In this document: positions 23,564 through 38,319 of the stretch, piece after piece
Layout of the letters: each line of letters opens with the position of its first letter
Numbering within the stretch: the stretch's first letter is position 1
The notes under the pieces: model-generated
The model's database searches: none
Told to the model about the DNA's origin: nothing
The model's input: the letters and a program-made list of their open reading frames with translations, nothing else
NCBI GenBank assembly: GCA_951406725.2
Contig: OX597817.1
Span: 41,850,001-41,914,000, forward strand
Length of the DNA stretch: 64,000 bases
Direction of reading: 5' to 3'
Source: Octopus vulgaris
Lineage: Eukaryota
Translations under genes and position numbers: made by a program

Positions 23564-24090
23564 ATAATGAAATGTTAGCGCCAAGCATTGTTTAGGTATA
23601 AACAAAATTTAGGTTAGTTAAAATATGATTGTGAAATACTTCAACTGCTAAAAGGCAAATGCACTGCAGTTACCATGAAAAAAATATCTCTCTTATGGTA
23701 AAAGGTGTGAAAGCACCTGATTTGTTCTGTATCATCATCTCTCAGGAATCCGAGACATCGATGTTTAGAGTTTATTGACTTTTAGCAGTTGAAATACATC
23801 ATAAACATATTTTAACTAACCTAAATTTTGTTTATGCCCAAACATTGCTTGGTGCTAAAATTTCATTATTTTCTTTGATCAGGTAATCTACCAGTACAAA
23901 TCAATCAATATGTTGACTGAATTTTACATAAAGCTATTGCTTTATAAGTTTGTTCAGAGTTGCCTCCCTAGGGATATCCCATTGAGAAGAGTCAATAAAT
24001 TCAAAAACATTGATGTCTGAGATTCCTGATAGATGGCGTCACTACAGAGTATTTGCCTTTTAGCAGTTGAAATATGTCACAAATATAAAT
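23564..24090. repeat. Inverted repeats (~95-bp arms, 23564-23660 and 23773-23869) plus a related partial copy at 23980-24090
   Basis: The arms are reverse-complementary; 23990-24035 is the reverse complement of 23735-23780. Confidence 0.7.
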
Positions 24091-24369
24091 TTTGCTTATA
24101 TGTATATTTATAAGAATCAATGAAACATTCAAAAAGTACCTTCCTTTACTTTTTCCTGTCAAAATTAATGCTGCATGGACAAAATCCTTAAGGTGGAAGG
24201 TGACACCACCCTTCCTGTGCATGTGTAAAAATTTTCATATTGTTGAGCCGCGTTAGTTCCCACCTGTTACACCTAGAGTACAAACTTATAGTAGGCGCTT
24301 GTCAGATTTTCATTTTCACACATTGAGCAGAGACCATAAACCTACGTCTCATAACCATTAATTATGGTC

Positions 24370-25045
24370 TTCATGCAGTCTGGGTTGTGGTTTGTATAGT
24401 CCAGCATGTCCTGAGCGATTTCCATGCAGAGTTGCTTCTCCTACTCCACCTGCCCTGTGGGGATGAATTTTACCAACACTCTCCATATGCACAATCTCAT
24501 TTCTTGTAGGTCATCTCATAGGATGCCTCAATAGGGGTTTCAAAAGCACATACTATAGGAGTCACAGGGTGCTACTCCATGTGGTCCCACGGTTTCCATC
24601 TAACTAGGAATATTAGGGTCTCATTCATTGTCTTGTATTCAAGATCCTCTGTATGACATCCTGCTAGTTCAAAGCCAGGAATCTGATCTGTTAGGTCCTG
24701 CCAATAACTAAATCCATGCTCTGCGGCCAACACTTCAATTTATTGTCATTAAGGTTTTGCCTGTCTCCTACCCTTCGACCTGTCTGGCCTGGTAAGATCT
24801 ACCTGAAGATTTCTCTCCCTCCAGCATAGATCTCCTGGTCAACAGAGCACACAGGCACTTCACCGTGACAAGGTACTGATTGAATTGGCTGTTGATTACA
24901 CAGTAGTTCTTCCACCCTTTGATGGGTTTTATTTTTTGAGCAATTTCCTGGATTGTTACACAATGGTCTTCCATGACTATTCTCAACTGGCTGCTCATTT
25001 TGGCTTCTGGATGGCCTGTCTGAGTGTACCCTGCTCTCCACAGGG
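24370..25045 (-). pseudogene. Highly decayed mariner transposase remnants
   Basis: IVMEDHCVTIQEIAQK (HTH-like) and MEIAQDMLDYTNHNPDCMKTIINGYET*VYG, similar to IITGDETWVYG. Confidence 0.6.
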
Positions 25046-25047
25046 TA

Positions 25048-25284
25048 CAGGGTGGCTCAAAAGTAGGTTTACAGTTACTCAACTATCTCTTTTGCATTCA
25101 TATATTAACAGTTTAGATCTTAATTATAAACAAAAATATGAAGCCATTATTCTATGCAAATTTAGTTAATTTTGTCAAGCTCCCTTTTCAGTTTGTAAGG
25201 TAGAAATTTAAATGTAATAAAATGTTTGAAAAGAAATTTAAAGTGCCTATGTAATAATTGTAAACTTACTTTGGGGCCACCTTG
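25048..25284. mobile_element. Tc1/mariner-type MITE
   Basis: TA TSDs; ~29-bp TIRs CAGGGTGGCTCAAAAGTAGGTTTACAGTT / AATTGTAAACTTACTTTGGGGCCACCTTG. Confidence 0.85.
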
Positions 25285-25409
25285 TATATATATATATATC
25301 ATGAAGTATATTTGCCACTTAAATGTGGCTAACCCCTAAGGGTTATACCTCGCTCAGATATTTATTACATACATGCATACATACATACATACATACATAC
25401 ATACATACA

Positions 25410-25441
<32 letters not shown>

Positions 25442-26039
25442 CATACATATTTGTGTGTGTGTGTGTGTGTGTTACTGTTTATTCATCCTGGTATTGCACA
25501 ATAGTTGTAAATAAATGTCACCGTCATGCAAGCAGTATTCTTCACTTCCAATCTTCCATCAAAACATGTCTGATCACGAGGAGCAATAACCTTACTCTAA
25601 ACATGTAGTGGTTGCTGACAAGGAAGATATCCATCAGTAGGAAATCCACTGAATCAAAGTTCCATCTGACCCATGTAAGCATGAAAAAGTGGATGTGAAA
25701 ACAATGATGGTGATACAGTCAGCTATTATCAAGCAGTAAAGTATATGTAGAATCCCCACAGAAATGCTGTCTGCAATATACTTCCAAGAGATAATTCTGG
25801 AAATGTTAAGGTTCAGCATTTCTGGCATAAAAGAGTGACCGTTCTGTTAGGGAATTGTTCAAGAGACAATTGTAATTTTTACGAGCTTGTTCAGCTTTTC
25901 CTTTAGTATTGCTCAATGCCAATTCAGAAACAAATTGGCTTTCATCGGCTTTAGAGGATGAACAAGGGATGCTGGTGCTGGAATTGGGCAGTGGCTTATA
26001 TCAGGAAATAAAGAAGAGTAAACGATGATGGGGTTGGTA

Positions 26040-27130
26040 TACATGCATGTATGCATGCTTACATATGTACATACATACATACATACATACATACATACAT
26101 ACATACATACATACATACATACATACATACATACATACATACGTACGTACATACATACATACATACACAGATAATACACATGCATACATACATATATACA
26201 TACATTGACACATTCATACATGCAAGCATATATATCTACCTACTTGTCTATTCATATATGCACATACATACAAACAGACATATATGCATGCATGCATACA
26301 TACATACATACATACATACATACATACATACATGTGTTTATTCACAATACATGCATTCATACATATATGTACATATATACATACATAAGTATATAAAACA
26401 TGTGTTCATACATACATGCATGCATGCATACATGAATACATACACACATGCATACATACATGCGTACATACATACATACATACATACATACATACATACA
26501 TACATACATACATACATACATACATACATACATACATACATACATACATACATACATACATACATACATACATACATACATACATACATACATACGTACG
26601 TACATACATACATACATACACAGATAATACACATGCATACATACATATATACATACATTGACACATTCATACATGCAAGCATATATATCTACCTACTTGT
26701 CTATTCATATATGCACATACATACAAACAGACATATATGCATGCATGCATACATACATACATACATACATACATACATACATACATGTGTTTATTCACAA
26801 TACATGCATTCATACATATATGTACATATATACATACATAAGTATATAAAACATGTGTTCATACATACATGCATGCATGCATACATGAATACATACACAC
26901 ATGCATACATACATGCGTACATACATACATACATACATACATACATACATACATACATACATACATACATACATACATACATACATACATACATACATAC
27001 ATACATACATACATACATACATACATACATACATACATACATACATACATACATACATACATACATACATGCATGCATACATACATACATGCATACGTTC
27101 AATCATTCATTCATTTATACATATATACGT
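26040..27130. repeat. (TACA)n-rich array containing a 453-bp tandem duplication
   Basis: Identical ORF translations at 26205-26396 and 26658-26849, offset by 453. Confidence 0.92.
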
Positions 27131-27157
27131 TCAATGAAATATACAGTGTAAAAGAAA

Positions 27158-27610
27158 TATTCTTTTCTACTCTAGGCACAAGGCCTGAAATTTGGGGGGA
27201 GGGGGCCAGTCAATTAGATCAACCCTAATATGCAACTGGTACTTAATTTATTGACCCTGAAAGGATGAAAGGCAAAGTCGACTTCAGTAGAATTTGAACT
27301 CAGAACATAAGACAGACGAAGTAGCACTAAGCATTTTGCCTGGCATGCTAACAATTCTGACACCTTGCCACCTTAGTGTAAAATGAATATTCTTTTCTAC
27401 TCTAAGTACAAGGCCCACAATTTTTGGGGAGACGGAGGCCAGTCAATTAGATCGATCCCAGTATGCAGCTGCTACTTAACTTATCGACCCCGAAAGGATG
27501 AAAGGCAAAGTCAACGCGGGAAGAATTTGAACTCAGAACATAAAAACAGATGAAATACCACTAAGCATTTCGCCTGGCATGCTAACGTTTCTGCCAGCTC
27601 GCCACCTTGG
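27158..27610 (-). mobile_element. Two tandem Meta-domain-like SINE family B copies
   Basis: Two ~230-bp units, each starting ATATTCTTTTCTACTCTA. Confidence 0.85.
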
Positions 27611-28629
27611 TGTAAAATAAATATTGAGAGATAACTATTCACAAATGGGAGAAGAGGAACCAAAGAGATCAAGAATGCATGGGTGTTGCTATGATACATT
27701 TTTCCTCCTCAGAAAACTCTTCTGTCTCACAGAATATATTCATAAAAATCTATATTGCGGGACATATGTTAAAAGTTAACTAAATAGTTAACCAGTGACT
27801 AGCTGATTATTTCATTAAAAGAGTGTTAATTGGATATATTATCACTGAGTCAAATGCCATGTGACTGCAAGATTGGTATTTATTGAAAATTCTGTCATCA
27901 GAACTTAATTTACTGATATATTTCTTATCATTTTAAGTCTTCGTAACATTAAGTCTTTATAATATTAACAAATTTATTTGTTTATGTAATTACCAACGAT
28001 TCTTCTTATTGGAATTTCTAAAAATACTCAGTCTTTCCAGGAATTAATGATGTATGGGACAATGATGTATTAATAGCACAAAATTATCAGCAGACATTTT
28101 GAAACAGACAATGATAATGATATTTTCAGTGACAAATCTTTATATTTCAACATGGTTTTACTCACCGAATTGATACAAAATTAAATAGCTATCCCATGCA
28201 TGATATATTCCTATTTCCCATGAAATGTATTTTTTGTATTATTCCTGTTTATGTATACAGTTATCCAAACATTGTACTCACATCAAAATAGTTCCAATTG
28301 CTTGGTAATCAGTCAAAACTATCTTTTGCTTCATTAAACATTTCTTTTCCTTGAATTGCTTTAATCTAGCAAACTAGTTATATATTTTAAAGAAATCTTT
28401 TCTAAACTTACCATTATATTTGCCAGACAGCAATTCAAACATTTTCCAAATGAATATTCAAAGAATATTACCTGGTTTCTGATCTTATAATGAATAATTT
28501 TCCAACAAGAAATTTTAGCTTTTGATACACATAAGCTTTCATTGTAGCTTTCTCTTTATATTCATTGCATCAGGAAAAGAAAGAAAAAAAATGTATGTAT
28601 TTACTCATAATCCATCACCTGGCTTAACA

Positions 28630-30060
28630 CCTCTGGCCCTAGAGTGCTTTTGGAGGAGGCCAATCTACTGCAAATATTTCCATCAAGTCTGATGATAAAT
28701 TCTTTAATTGCTTCATTTGTTCTACCAGTCACAGAAGATCTGGAGTCATAGGCAATGCTCTTCCTCCACTAATATGAATTCATAGTCTGGATATAGAAAC
28801 TGGAGGTTTTGAAGCAGTTGTCCATAGATATCCTCTTTTCCTTTGATTTTCAAAGAGATATTTATATTTGCAAGGCAGCTGACCTAGAGTTATTTATATT
28901 TGCAGGGCAGCTGACCTCTATGATGGTACATACTTTTGTCCCTCTGTCCCAAACAACAATATCTGGCCTTTTGTATTTACATTTGACAGAAGTTTTGATG
29001 GGAATATTCCACCAGCATTCCTTAAGTTGGTGTTTATGAATGTATTTCATAATGGAGGGATTTTCTAAGTTTATTTCAGAACAGTCTTTCTTGCAAATGG
29101 CATTGTAAATTGTTTTAGTGACAACGCCATGCCACATAGGGAGGTGGTACCATGGCAGCATTTTAGGATAGCTGCAAATGACATGTGGGATGTCTTCCAC
29201 AGAAACATGACATAGCCTACACATGTGATTGCATCTTGGGATTACAAGAGCATCACTGACTCTCTTGTTCACCAGGTACTTTGTGACAATCTCCTGTTTC
29301 TGGATTGCAAACACATAGCCTTCAAAGTGTTATGTGGTGTAGTGGTCTTTTGTCCAAGAGAGGCTGCGCTTCATATCAATTCTACTGTCTTCTTCAAGCT
29401 TCTAGGCAACATACCCATGCATAGTCGTTTCTTTTTTTGTATGCTGAGTGCTTCCCACACAGGCCTTCTCTGAGGTAAGCAAGCCCAGCTGTTTTGGGGC
29501 TGTGTAGATCATTAGGGAGAGAGTGCTTCTTGAGTAGCTTACTGCCAACTCGTACAATGTTACTTAACTTTTCAGCACTGCATTTATATATTTATTTTTG
29601 CTGCTGTTGTTTAACAGGGGCTGCCTGAGTGATACCATATGGTATTTGAAAGCCGTCTGCACTGATCTCAGGCCTCTACCACCTTCATTTCTTCTTAGGT
29701 AGAGCCGGTCAACATCACTGCTTCTGTGGAAGTTCCCAGTTGTTGTCAGGATTTTGCAAGTTTTGATGTCTATGGAGTGGATTTCCTCTACAGACCAATT
29801 AAGTATCCCTAATGTTGGGATCAGCACTGGTACTGCAAGTGCATTGTGGGATATTGTTTTGTAAGAGGAGAGTTCCGACTGCCTTATTTTCCAAAGACTG
29901 GTGTAATATTCTCAGGTCACTATCTTTATTTACAGTGCTTTCATATGATATATTTTCATCTGCATGGAATGGGGGAGACAGAGAAATCATTGATGTACAA
30001 ATTTTGGGTTTGGGGGACTGACTTTCCTTGTTCTATAACCAAATATGAACATTCTGCATC
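28630..30060 (-). pseudogene. R4/Dong-clade non-LTR retrotransposon: RT end, zinc finger and restriction-like endonuclease, decayed
   Basis: SDVDRLYLRRNEGGRGL; CRLC...EDIPHVICS; KRPDIVVWD...IIEVSCP. Confidence 0.9.
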
Positions 30061-30607
30061 TGTGTGTGTATGTATGTATGTACGTATGTGTGTATACATA
30101 CACACATATGTACATGTGTATATGCATGTATGTATGAACATGTGTGTGTGTGTGTATGGATGTATATATGTATGTACATATCTATAAATGTATGTATGTA
30201 TGTACGTATGTATGTTTGTGTGTATATGTATGTATGTATGTATGTTTCTTCCTTGAGTTTTATTCAAGGAAAAAACATATGCATACATTTACATACATGC
30301 ATGCATACATTTAAATATATATTGTGTATATAGTATAGATATGTGTGTGCGTTAAGATTACTATGTATGTGTGTGTGTGTATCTATGTATTTATATATAC
30401 ATGTATGTATATATACATATATGTACATGTGTATACACACACATTTAAGTAGATATGTATATATGTATGTATCTATGTGCATGTTTTTATCTTGAGTTTA
30501 ATTGAAAGAAAAGACACATTTATATATAGACATACAAACATACATACATACATACATGCATGCATACATACATACATACATACATACATACATACATACA
30601 TACAAAC

Positions 30608-30683
<76 letters not shown>

Positions 30684-30723
30684 CTATATATATAATATAG
30701 ATAAGTGTTTGTTTAGATTACTG

Positions 30724-30755
<32 letters not shown>

Positions 30756-31306
30756 TGTTTGTATGTAAATATGTAAATTTTAATTTTGAAGTAATTGCTT
30801 CACAGTAAACTTATCAACAATTCTGAAATGAAAGTTGAAAATTACAATGTCTTATCATTAGTTGTGTAAACAGTTCTCATTACATATGATCTTTTTTTTA
30901 CTAGCTTATTAAATAATAATCATCACTCCTGTAACACAATTTCTTTAATTAAGCTTACAGTAATGCAAAGCAGAGACACTCTGCAGGTATCTCTTTGTTT
31001 GTGTGAAGACTACAATAATTATTTTTCACTTTCAAAAAATATGAATAAATGAAATAATTTGTTTACATACATACACACCTACATATATACATACATACAT
31101 ACATACATACATACATACATACATACATACATACATACATACACACACACACATACATACATACATACATACATACATACATACATACATACATACATAC
31201 ATACATACATACATACATACATACATACATACATACATACATACATACATACATACATACATACATACATACATACATACATACGTACATACATACATGC
31301 ATACAT

Positions 31307-31725
31307 ATGATTGGGACAGGAGGATAAAGGTATGTACCAATATAGAGGTCAGTTGCCCTGCAGATATAAATATCTCTTTGAAAATCAAAGAAAAAGAGGA
31401 TATCTATGGACAACTGCTTCGAAACCTCCAGCTTCTGTATCCAAACTATGAATTCATATTCATAACAATAATAATTGGAGCACTAGGTTGTTAGTAAATG
31501 CTTAAAGGAGAATCTGGATAAACTGTGATTTTCAGAAAGAGAAATTGACTGGCTAATTTGTATATAACAAGTGCAATCTGTGAGTGGAACAGTAAAAATA
31601 TGAAAGACTTTTCTCAAGTTCCAAATGTCAAATTTGTCAGTGTTAACTATATTCCAAAGATGAAGCCTTGTATCTTTGTTGGAAACTGGCTCCCTCCTCA
31701 GTGAAAGATTTATAATAATTGAAAA
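31307..31725 (+). pseudogene. R4/Dong-clade RLE domain and 3' end fragment
   Basis: WDRRIKVCTNIEVSCPADINISLKIKEKEDIYGQLLRNLQLLYP...IIIGALG. Confidence 0.85.
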
Positions 31726-32711
31726 ATAGAAGTGATATATGTATACATACACACATACATATAAATGTACAGTCATACATATGTACATAAGTACATACAA
31801 ATACATGCATACATACATACATACATACATACATACATACATACATACATACATCTACACATACATACATTTACACATATATATAAACATACATACATTT
31901 GCATATGTATGTAAATAGAAAACAGCTTTTCTTCCAAACATGTTATGTTAAAGACAAGGGTATGGTTAATTCCTTATTAGTTCTTTACGTTTCATTTGGA
32001 ATAATAACATTCCAGAAATCCATTAATCTGTTAATGTTTTGAGAATGTCACAGTCTTATTTATGAAATGAAGTGCTGTTAGTTGTGTGTTGTACATGTTT
32101 TCTGCCAAGGGTTTTGGTAATAATTTTATAATTGATAAAATTATCAATGCTGGATTTAAAAACGATACAAAGATATTAAAACATAAATAGACTAACAAAT
32201 TTAAGAACGCTCTTAACTGAATATTAAGAACATATAAACCACGAAAGAAAAGATTGTACTTGAATATAGTTATGGCTTCATTATCATCACCATCAACGTT
32301 GTCATTGCTATTGTTGTTGTTGCTGTTGTTGTTGTTGTTGTTGTCATTGTGGTTGGTCATGTTCTTAACAAGACAAGATTAAAGATTATTTTAGTTCTGC
32401 ATTGTCTCCACTCACAACCAGTTAACACAATGTCCTGGGTGCATTTTATCAACACTGCATGGCACCAACACTGGTTGGGCTGCTTTATCCTCAGCAATAC
32501 AAGACTAAGTATCCTTTTGACACTACATTTTCTTTACTGATTTTTCAACCACTTTATAGAGTGTTGATCAATCATTAGGTGCCATCTGCTCTCAGTAAGT
32601 TAAATATCAAGAATCTCTATTGAAGATCCACGATTTAGTTTGGATGCAATTATATACATTCTGGGTTCTAATCCCTTCCATAGAAGCTAACCGCAAATCT
32701 ATATTCCATCC

Positions 32712-32920
32712 AGTGGCTTCTACTACATTATGGGTTCTTATTTCTTTGTCCTCGGGATTATCCTTCCTACAGATTTCATTATAGAGTATCCTAGCTACAA
32801 TGTCATGTCTCATCGGTAGATAATACCGTGATGACATTTTCAGGCAACTGCTTATGATGTGGGTGATATCTTCAGTATGAACTCCACAAAGTCTGAATCG
32901 GTTGTCACATTTTATGGCTT
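32712..32920 (-). pseudogene. R4/Dong-clade zinc-finger fragment
   Basis: RLCGVHTEDITHIISSCLKMSSRYYLPMRHDIVA. Confidence 0.85.
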
Positions 32921-32973
32921 GTATGTATGTATGTATGTATGTAGGAATGTATGTATGTATGTATGTATGTATG

Positions 32974-33004
<31 letters not shown>

Positions 33005-33746
33005 GTAGGAATGTATGTATGTGCATGTGTATGTATGTTAGTATAAATATTTGCATGGGTATGAGTGTGTGTGTGTATGTATATGTATGTGTATGTTTTT
33101 GAGAGTGTGAGTCCAACCCTTTCTGTAAAACGACATTCTCCCATAGAAAGAATTGAACCATGCTCTGTAAGTTAACAAAACACTTGTTAAATTTATAGTG
33201 CTGTTACTGCTTTATACCATTCTGTGTAATCTATTTATAACTAGATGGATCGGTAAATCAGACCTAAATCATATGTATTTTTCATGTTTGTCAACATTGA
33301 CTCGGGAAGTTTATGAGAGAGAAAAAAAAATAGCAACTTAGCAATGAAAATAAAACACGAAATGATTAGCTTGATTAAAAGAGAATTTACTCAGAGTGTT
33401 TAACTCATACAAAAAACATAGTTTTCCTCTCTTTGAATGAAGTTACTCGATGATAAGATGTTTTGCTTTTTAAAGAAAATTATCTATAGAAAATCTGGAT
33501 AGTTGAATAGAATAAATGAGAAAGAGAAAAGTCGAACAAACAAACAAACAAACGTACAAACAACTGTTGTAGATTCATTCTTATGCAATGAGATATCATA
33601 AAAGAAACCAATATTTCGAAAAACCATTAATTGTGAGACGTGAACTATATTCTTCTCACTCCATTTTTTTTTTCTTTTCCTTCTTTTTCCTCCCCCCTGC
33701 AAAATAAACATCCAAATGCCTCATTCATGAAAGCTTTTGTATAGAG

Positions 33747-33784
<38 letters not shown>

Positions 33785-34083
33785 TAAGAAAAAAAAATCC
33801 CCAACCGTTTGAGAAATGAATTTCCATTTGCATGGCTTGATTCTTGATTTCTTTTTTACTGACAGTAATAGATATTGATTGTTTGTTTGTTTTAATTTCA
33901 TAGCCATATTAGAACTGTTTTCCATGAAGTCTGACCTCATCCTCTACATCTACAATTGGTTTCTGTTTCTTCTACTTGTCAAAAATCATGACATATCATT
34001 AGAACAAGATTGCTTATCTCTTGTAAACACACACACACATATAATCACACACAGATATATAAACACATACATACATATATGTA

Positions 34084-34119
<36 letters not shown>

Positions 34120-35533
34120 TGTATGTATACATTATTTCTTCTTTCCTTAATTCCTGAAGCAATTGAAGAAGAATGTTTTGCAATTCTTTCAGAAAGAGTA
34201 ATGTTTTCATCTCTTTCGGAAAGAAATCGAAAGTAATTGTTTTTCTGTTAGAGGAGTAATGGTACTGAGATTAAAAATCTCCTACAAAGGAGATCATTTG
34301 CTCAGGAATTGGTGAGATCAAACTCTCTTTGTAAGAGAACACATAACTGTTATCATTTTATCCTCTTAGCGGGAACTGGCATCAGACTGTTTCTCATTGT
34401 GCTCTACCGATTAATGCCAGACGAACATTCTTCATCCTTTCTAGTTTATTTCTTTCTATTCACCATGTCTTGATGTAAGCTACATCATTTCTTAGTTTGT
34501 CTGCCTCTTTTTTTTCCCCTCCTGGAATTTTTGCTTCTAAGATGGTTTCAGTAAGCTCTTCTGATTTTTATATAACCATTTTCAGTGATAAGAAATAGGT
34601 GCTGGAATTACATTTGGGCAGATCGGTGGGGAAGTGATGGAGCTACCGGAATGAAAAAGACCTTGGTAAAATGATACTCTCCAAATATTCTGATCTAATG
34701 CTGTGTATCAAAGGGACAAATTAATGTACAAACAATAAATGGATTGATCTTGTATCTGTTATATTGATTTCTGCACAGAGGAACCAAAAGGATTAAAATG
34801 GTCTTACAAATTTTTTTTATTTTGTTATAGAAGTTAATCTGACTTTATCAGTAGGAGAAGATTGGATTATCCAACCAAAAAGAATTGTTTCACTGAAGGA
34901 ACTTTTGGCATATTTAAGGGATTATTTGTTTACTAAGTGAGGGAATAAGCTTACTACACGTATAGAAAAATATGGAGTTTTATCTGACATTCTCTGTGTT
35001 GTAAAAAGACCACAGACTTCATTGAATGTTGCAATTCATTTAATAACAAGAATCATAGATGTTCATTCTTTGAATTAATATCCCTTATGTTGACCAAATA
35101 CCTTAAATGAAATACTACAAGCAAATTTTATTCACGTCTTCTGTGTATCTAGCTGGCTTATTTGAAAGTTAATATATAGTTTGTCTTATGTAAGAGATAA
35201 AATATCTCATGTTATTGCGTGTTAACAAGTAACTGTAATTAATCTAAAAACAACCAAAACAAAAACAGACCCTTCTAGTTTTTACCCAAGCAAAGAGATA
35301 TTTGAAGAGTTCTCTGCTATGCATTACTTTATAACTTTAGCTGAAGAAATTGTGCGCTAGCAGAGATGATAAATATTTAATAAGTGTGTAAGAAAAATAT
35401 CATTCATAACGAGAGTGTTTATCACAGTTCATGACAAAAGACCATAATTTTCAGCTTTTATTTCAGAATTGTTGATAATTGTGCTGAAGAGTGATTCCTT
35501 CCGAAATAAATTTTGCATGATTAACACAAACAC

Positions 35534-35564
35534 ATGTGCGTGTGTACGTGCACACACGTACACG

Positions 35565-35621
<57 letters not shown>

Positions 35622-35818
35622 ACACACACACAAACTTGCACACATGCACACACTTACACACACACACACACACACTTACACACACATACACATTTACACA
35701 CACACACATACACTTACACTAACACACTTGCGCTTACACACACACTCACACACACTTATACACACACACACACTTACATACACTTACACATGCATACACT
35801 TACACATACACACACACT

Positions 35819-35867
<49 letters not shown>

Positions 35868-35882
35868 ACTCACACACACATA
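35534..35882. repeat. Degenerate (CA)n microsatellite
   Basis: Seen directly in the sequence. Confidence 0.95.
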
Positions 35883-36119
35883 CCTAGACAATGGCTAACA
35901 AATTGTAAACAAGTATGACCATTACTGACAAATCTTATCCTAGATGTTAAAGACAATGGCTGCTGGCAATGCTAGGGCTGACATTTTAAATCAATAACAG
36001 CTTGTACAACACCACCAAGGTTCTCACCAACAGAGCCGAATAGTCTAGAGACAAGCAAGAACCACATCTCTGGCTTTGCAACAAGGCAGGTATTATTTTG
36101 GAATGTTCTTCTCTTAGAG

Positions 36120-36190
36120 CAGGGGTCAGTGAACCAGGGTAAATTACCCCAAGTGGGGGTAAAAATGGAATTCTTGTGGGAAATGAGGAC

Positions 36191-36221
<31 letters not shown>

Positions 36222-37228
36222 TTAACGTCCGTTTTCCATGCTAGCATGGGTTAGACTATTTGACTGAGGTCTGACGAACCAGATGGCTGCACCAGGCTCC
36301 AATCTGATCTGGCAGAGTTTCTACAGCTGGATGCCCTTCCTAACGCTAACCACTCTGAGAGTGTAGTGGGTGCTTTTACGTGCCACCAGTATGAGGGCCA
36401 GTCAGGCTGTACTGGCAACAACCACGCTCAAATGGTGCTTTTTACATGCCACCTGCACAGGAGCCAGTCCAGTGGCACTGGCAACGACCTCGCTTGAATG
36501 TTTTTTCACGTACCACCGGCACAAGTGCCAGTAAGGCAATGCTGGTAATGATCACGTGCAAATGGTGCTTTTTACGTGCATTCTTTTACTTGTTTCAGTT
36601 GTTTGATTGCGGCCATGCTGGAGCACCACTTTTAGTCAAGCAAATCGATCTCAGGACTTATTCTTTGTAAGCCTAGTACTTATTCTATTGGTCTTGTTAG
36701 CTGAACCGCTAAGTTACAGGGACATAAACACACTACCATCGGTTGTCAAGTGATGTTGGGGAGACAAACACAGACACAAACATACACACACACATATATA
36801 TATATACATATATACGATGGGCTTCTTTCAGTTTCTGTCTACCAAATCTACTCACAAGGCTTTGGTCGGCCTGAGGCTATAGTAGAAGACACTTGCCCAA
36901 GGTGCCACGCAGTGGGACTGAACCCAGAACCATGTGGTTGGTAAGCAAGCTACTTGCCACATAGCCACTCCTACGCCTATGTATAAGTAAAATTATATAA
37001 AAGACATGTTCCTTGGCATGATAGAAATGTTTCTTCTGGGAACACTGCATCTGTCCAATGTAATGGACATGTAAATAGATTCATATAAATAGATTGATTA
37101 AAATAGATTCAATAAAACTTTTCAATTCAAAGAATCTATGTTTTTTCTTCCTTTCAAATCAAGGGGGTAACTTCAGCGTAAATAAATATATTTTGGGGTA
37201 ATTGGTTAAAAAAGTTTCCCAGCCCCTG
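36120..37228. mobile_element. hAT (Charlie-like) non-autonomous element with a nested RTE 3' end (36190-36580, -) and a family A SINE (36581-36978, -)
   Basis: TIRs CAGGGGTCAGTGAAC / GTTTCCCAGCCCCTG; TSD TCTTAGAG / TCCTAGAG. Confidence 0.75.
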
Positions 37229-37486
37229 TCCTAGAGGGATACCTAAATAAAGACTAAGGCCTCTCATTCTCAGCTGTTGGATGGCTGTTGACTCTATTGA
37301 GTTCGTCCATCCTTTGACAGGTTTTGGTTTTCATTTTGCATGGTACCCAAGGAAACCACCCTCTTTACTAAACAGGTTTGGTAGGTTGCTTGTTCAGTTG
37401 CATTTGGTCCAAGCGTATGACAGTTTGTATTGGGTTACATATTGCCAGCAGCACTAAGAGTGACCTGACCTAACATACAAACAAAC

Positions 37487-37537
<51 letters not shown>

Positions 37538-38319
37538 CATAGATACATAGAGATAGATAGATTAGATAGATAAATAGATAAATAGATAAATAGATAGATA
37601 AATAGATACATAGACAGATAGACAGATAAATATATGAAGAAATAAATAGATAGATAACTAAGTGGATTGTTGGCGATTTTTTCCCTCTGTCTTCTCTTTC
37701 TCTTGGACTTTTCTCTGTCTCCTGTTTCTGAAGAAGAGCTTTGCTTAAAACGTAAAACAAACTTTCTTTCCTTCCCTGAGTATCTTTTAATACTTTGCAT
37801 GTACCATGTACTCGCATTGTTGTTTTATTGTTTTTTTTTTTTGATTTACATACATACATAAATATGTTTCTTTATTAGACACACAGAGATGAACACAGAC
37901 GGGACAAATTACAAAGTAGAGCTTTTCTTTTTGGGGAGAAAAAAAAGTGGGGTAGGTTTTCGATCAAAAGGGATTGTAGAAAGGAAAATAAAAAAGAAAA
38001 AGAAAAAAAAACGATCAATAGGGCTCGTGTATCACAAATGTCATGATGTAAAGTATAAAGGGGGAAGCAGATAAGGTTTATCTGTGGAAAGAAAAGCCTA
38101 CAGAAAAGACCATGGTAACCTTGGTCATTAATGTCACATGTTAACACATTTATTTGCAAGTAAGTAACTCTGTTTCAAATTTTTCTGGGTTCATAGGATT
38201 ATGCTCAAGTTGGCTTTGTCATTCATATGTGCCATTCTTGCTACATTCACCCATCTTTTTTTGAAACATTCTTCTAGACAAAACTTGCCTCTCTACTCTC
38301 ACTTTCCTTTTCAAGTGAT

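Noticed and set aside
26051-27151. 366-aa ORF, the longest in the track
   Set aside because: It is a translation of (TACA)n repeats (YIHT...) with no coding signal
36001-36089. Candidate exon (AG...GGCAG|GTATTA) with an open frame
   Set aside because: The polypyrimidine tract is weak and I recognise no homology; it may be old LINE sequence
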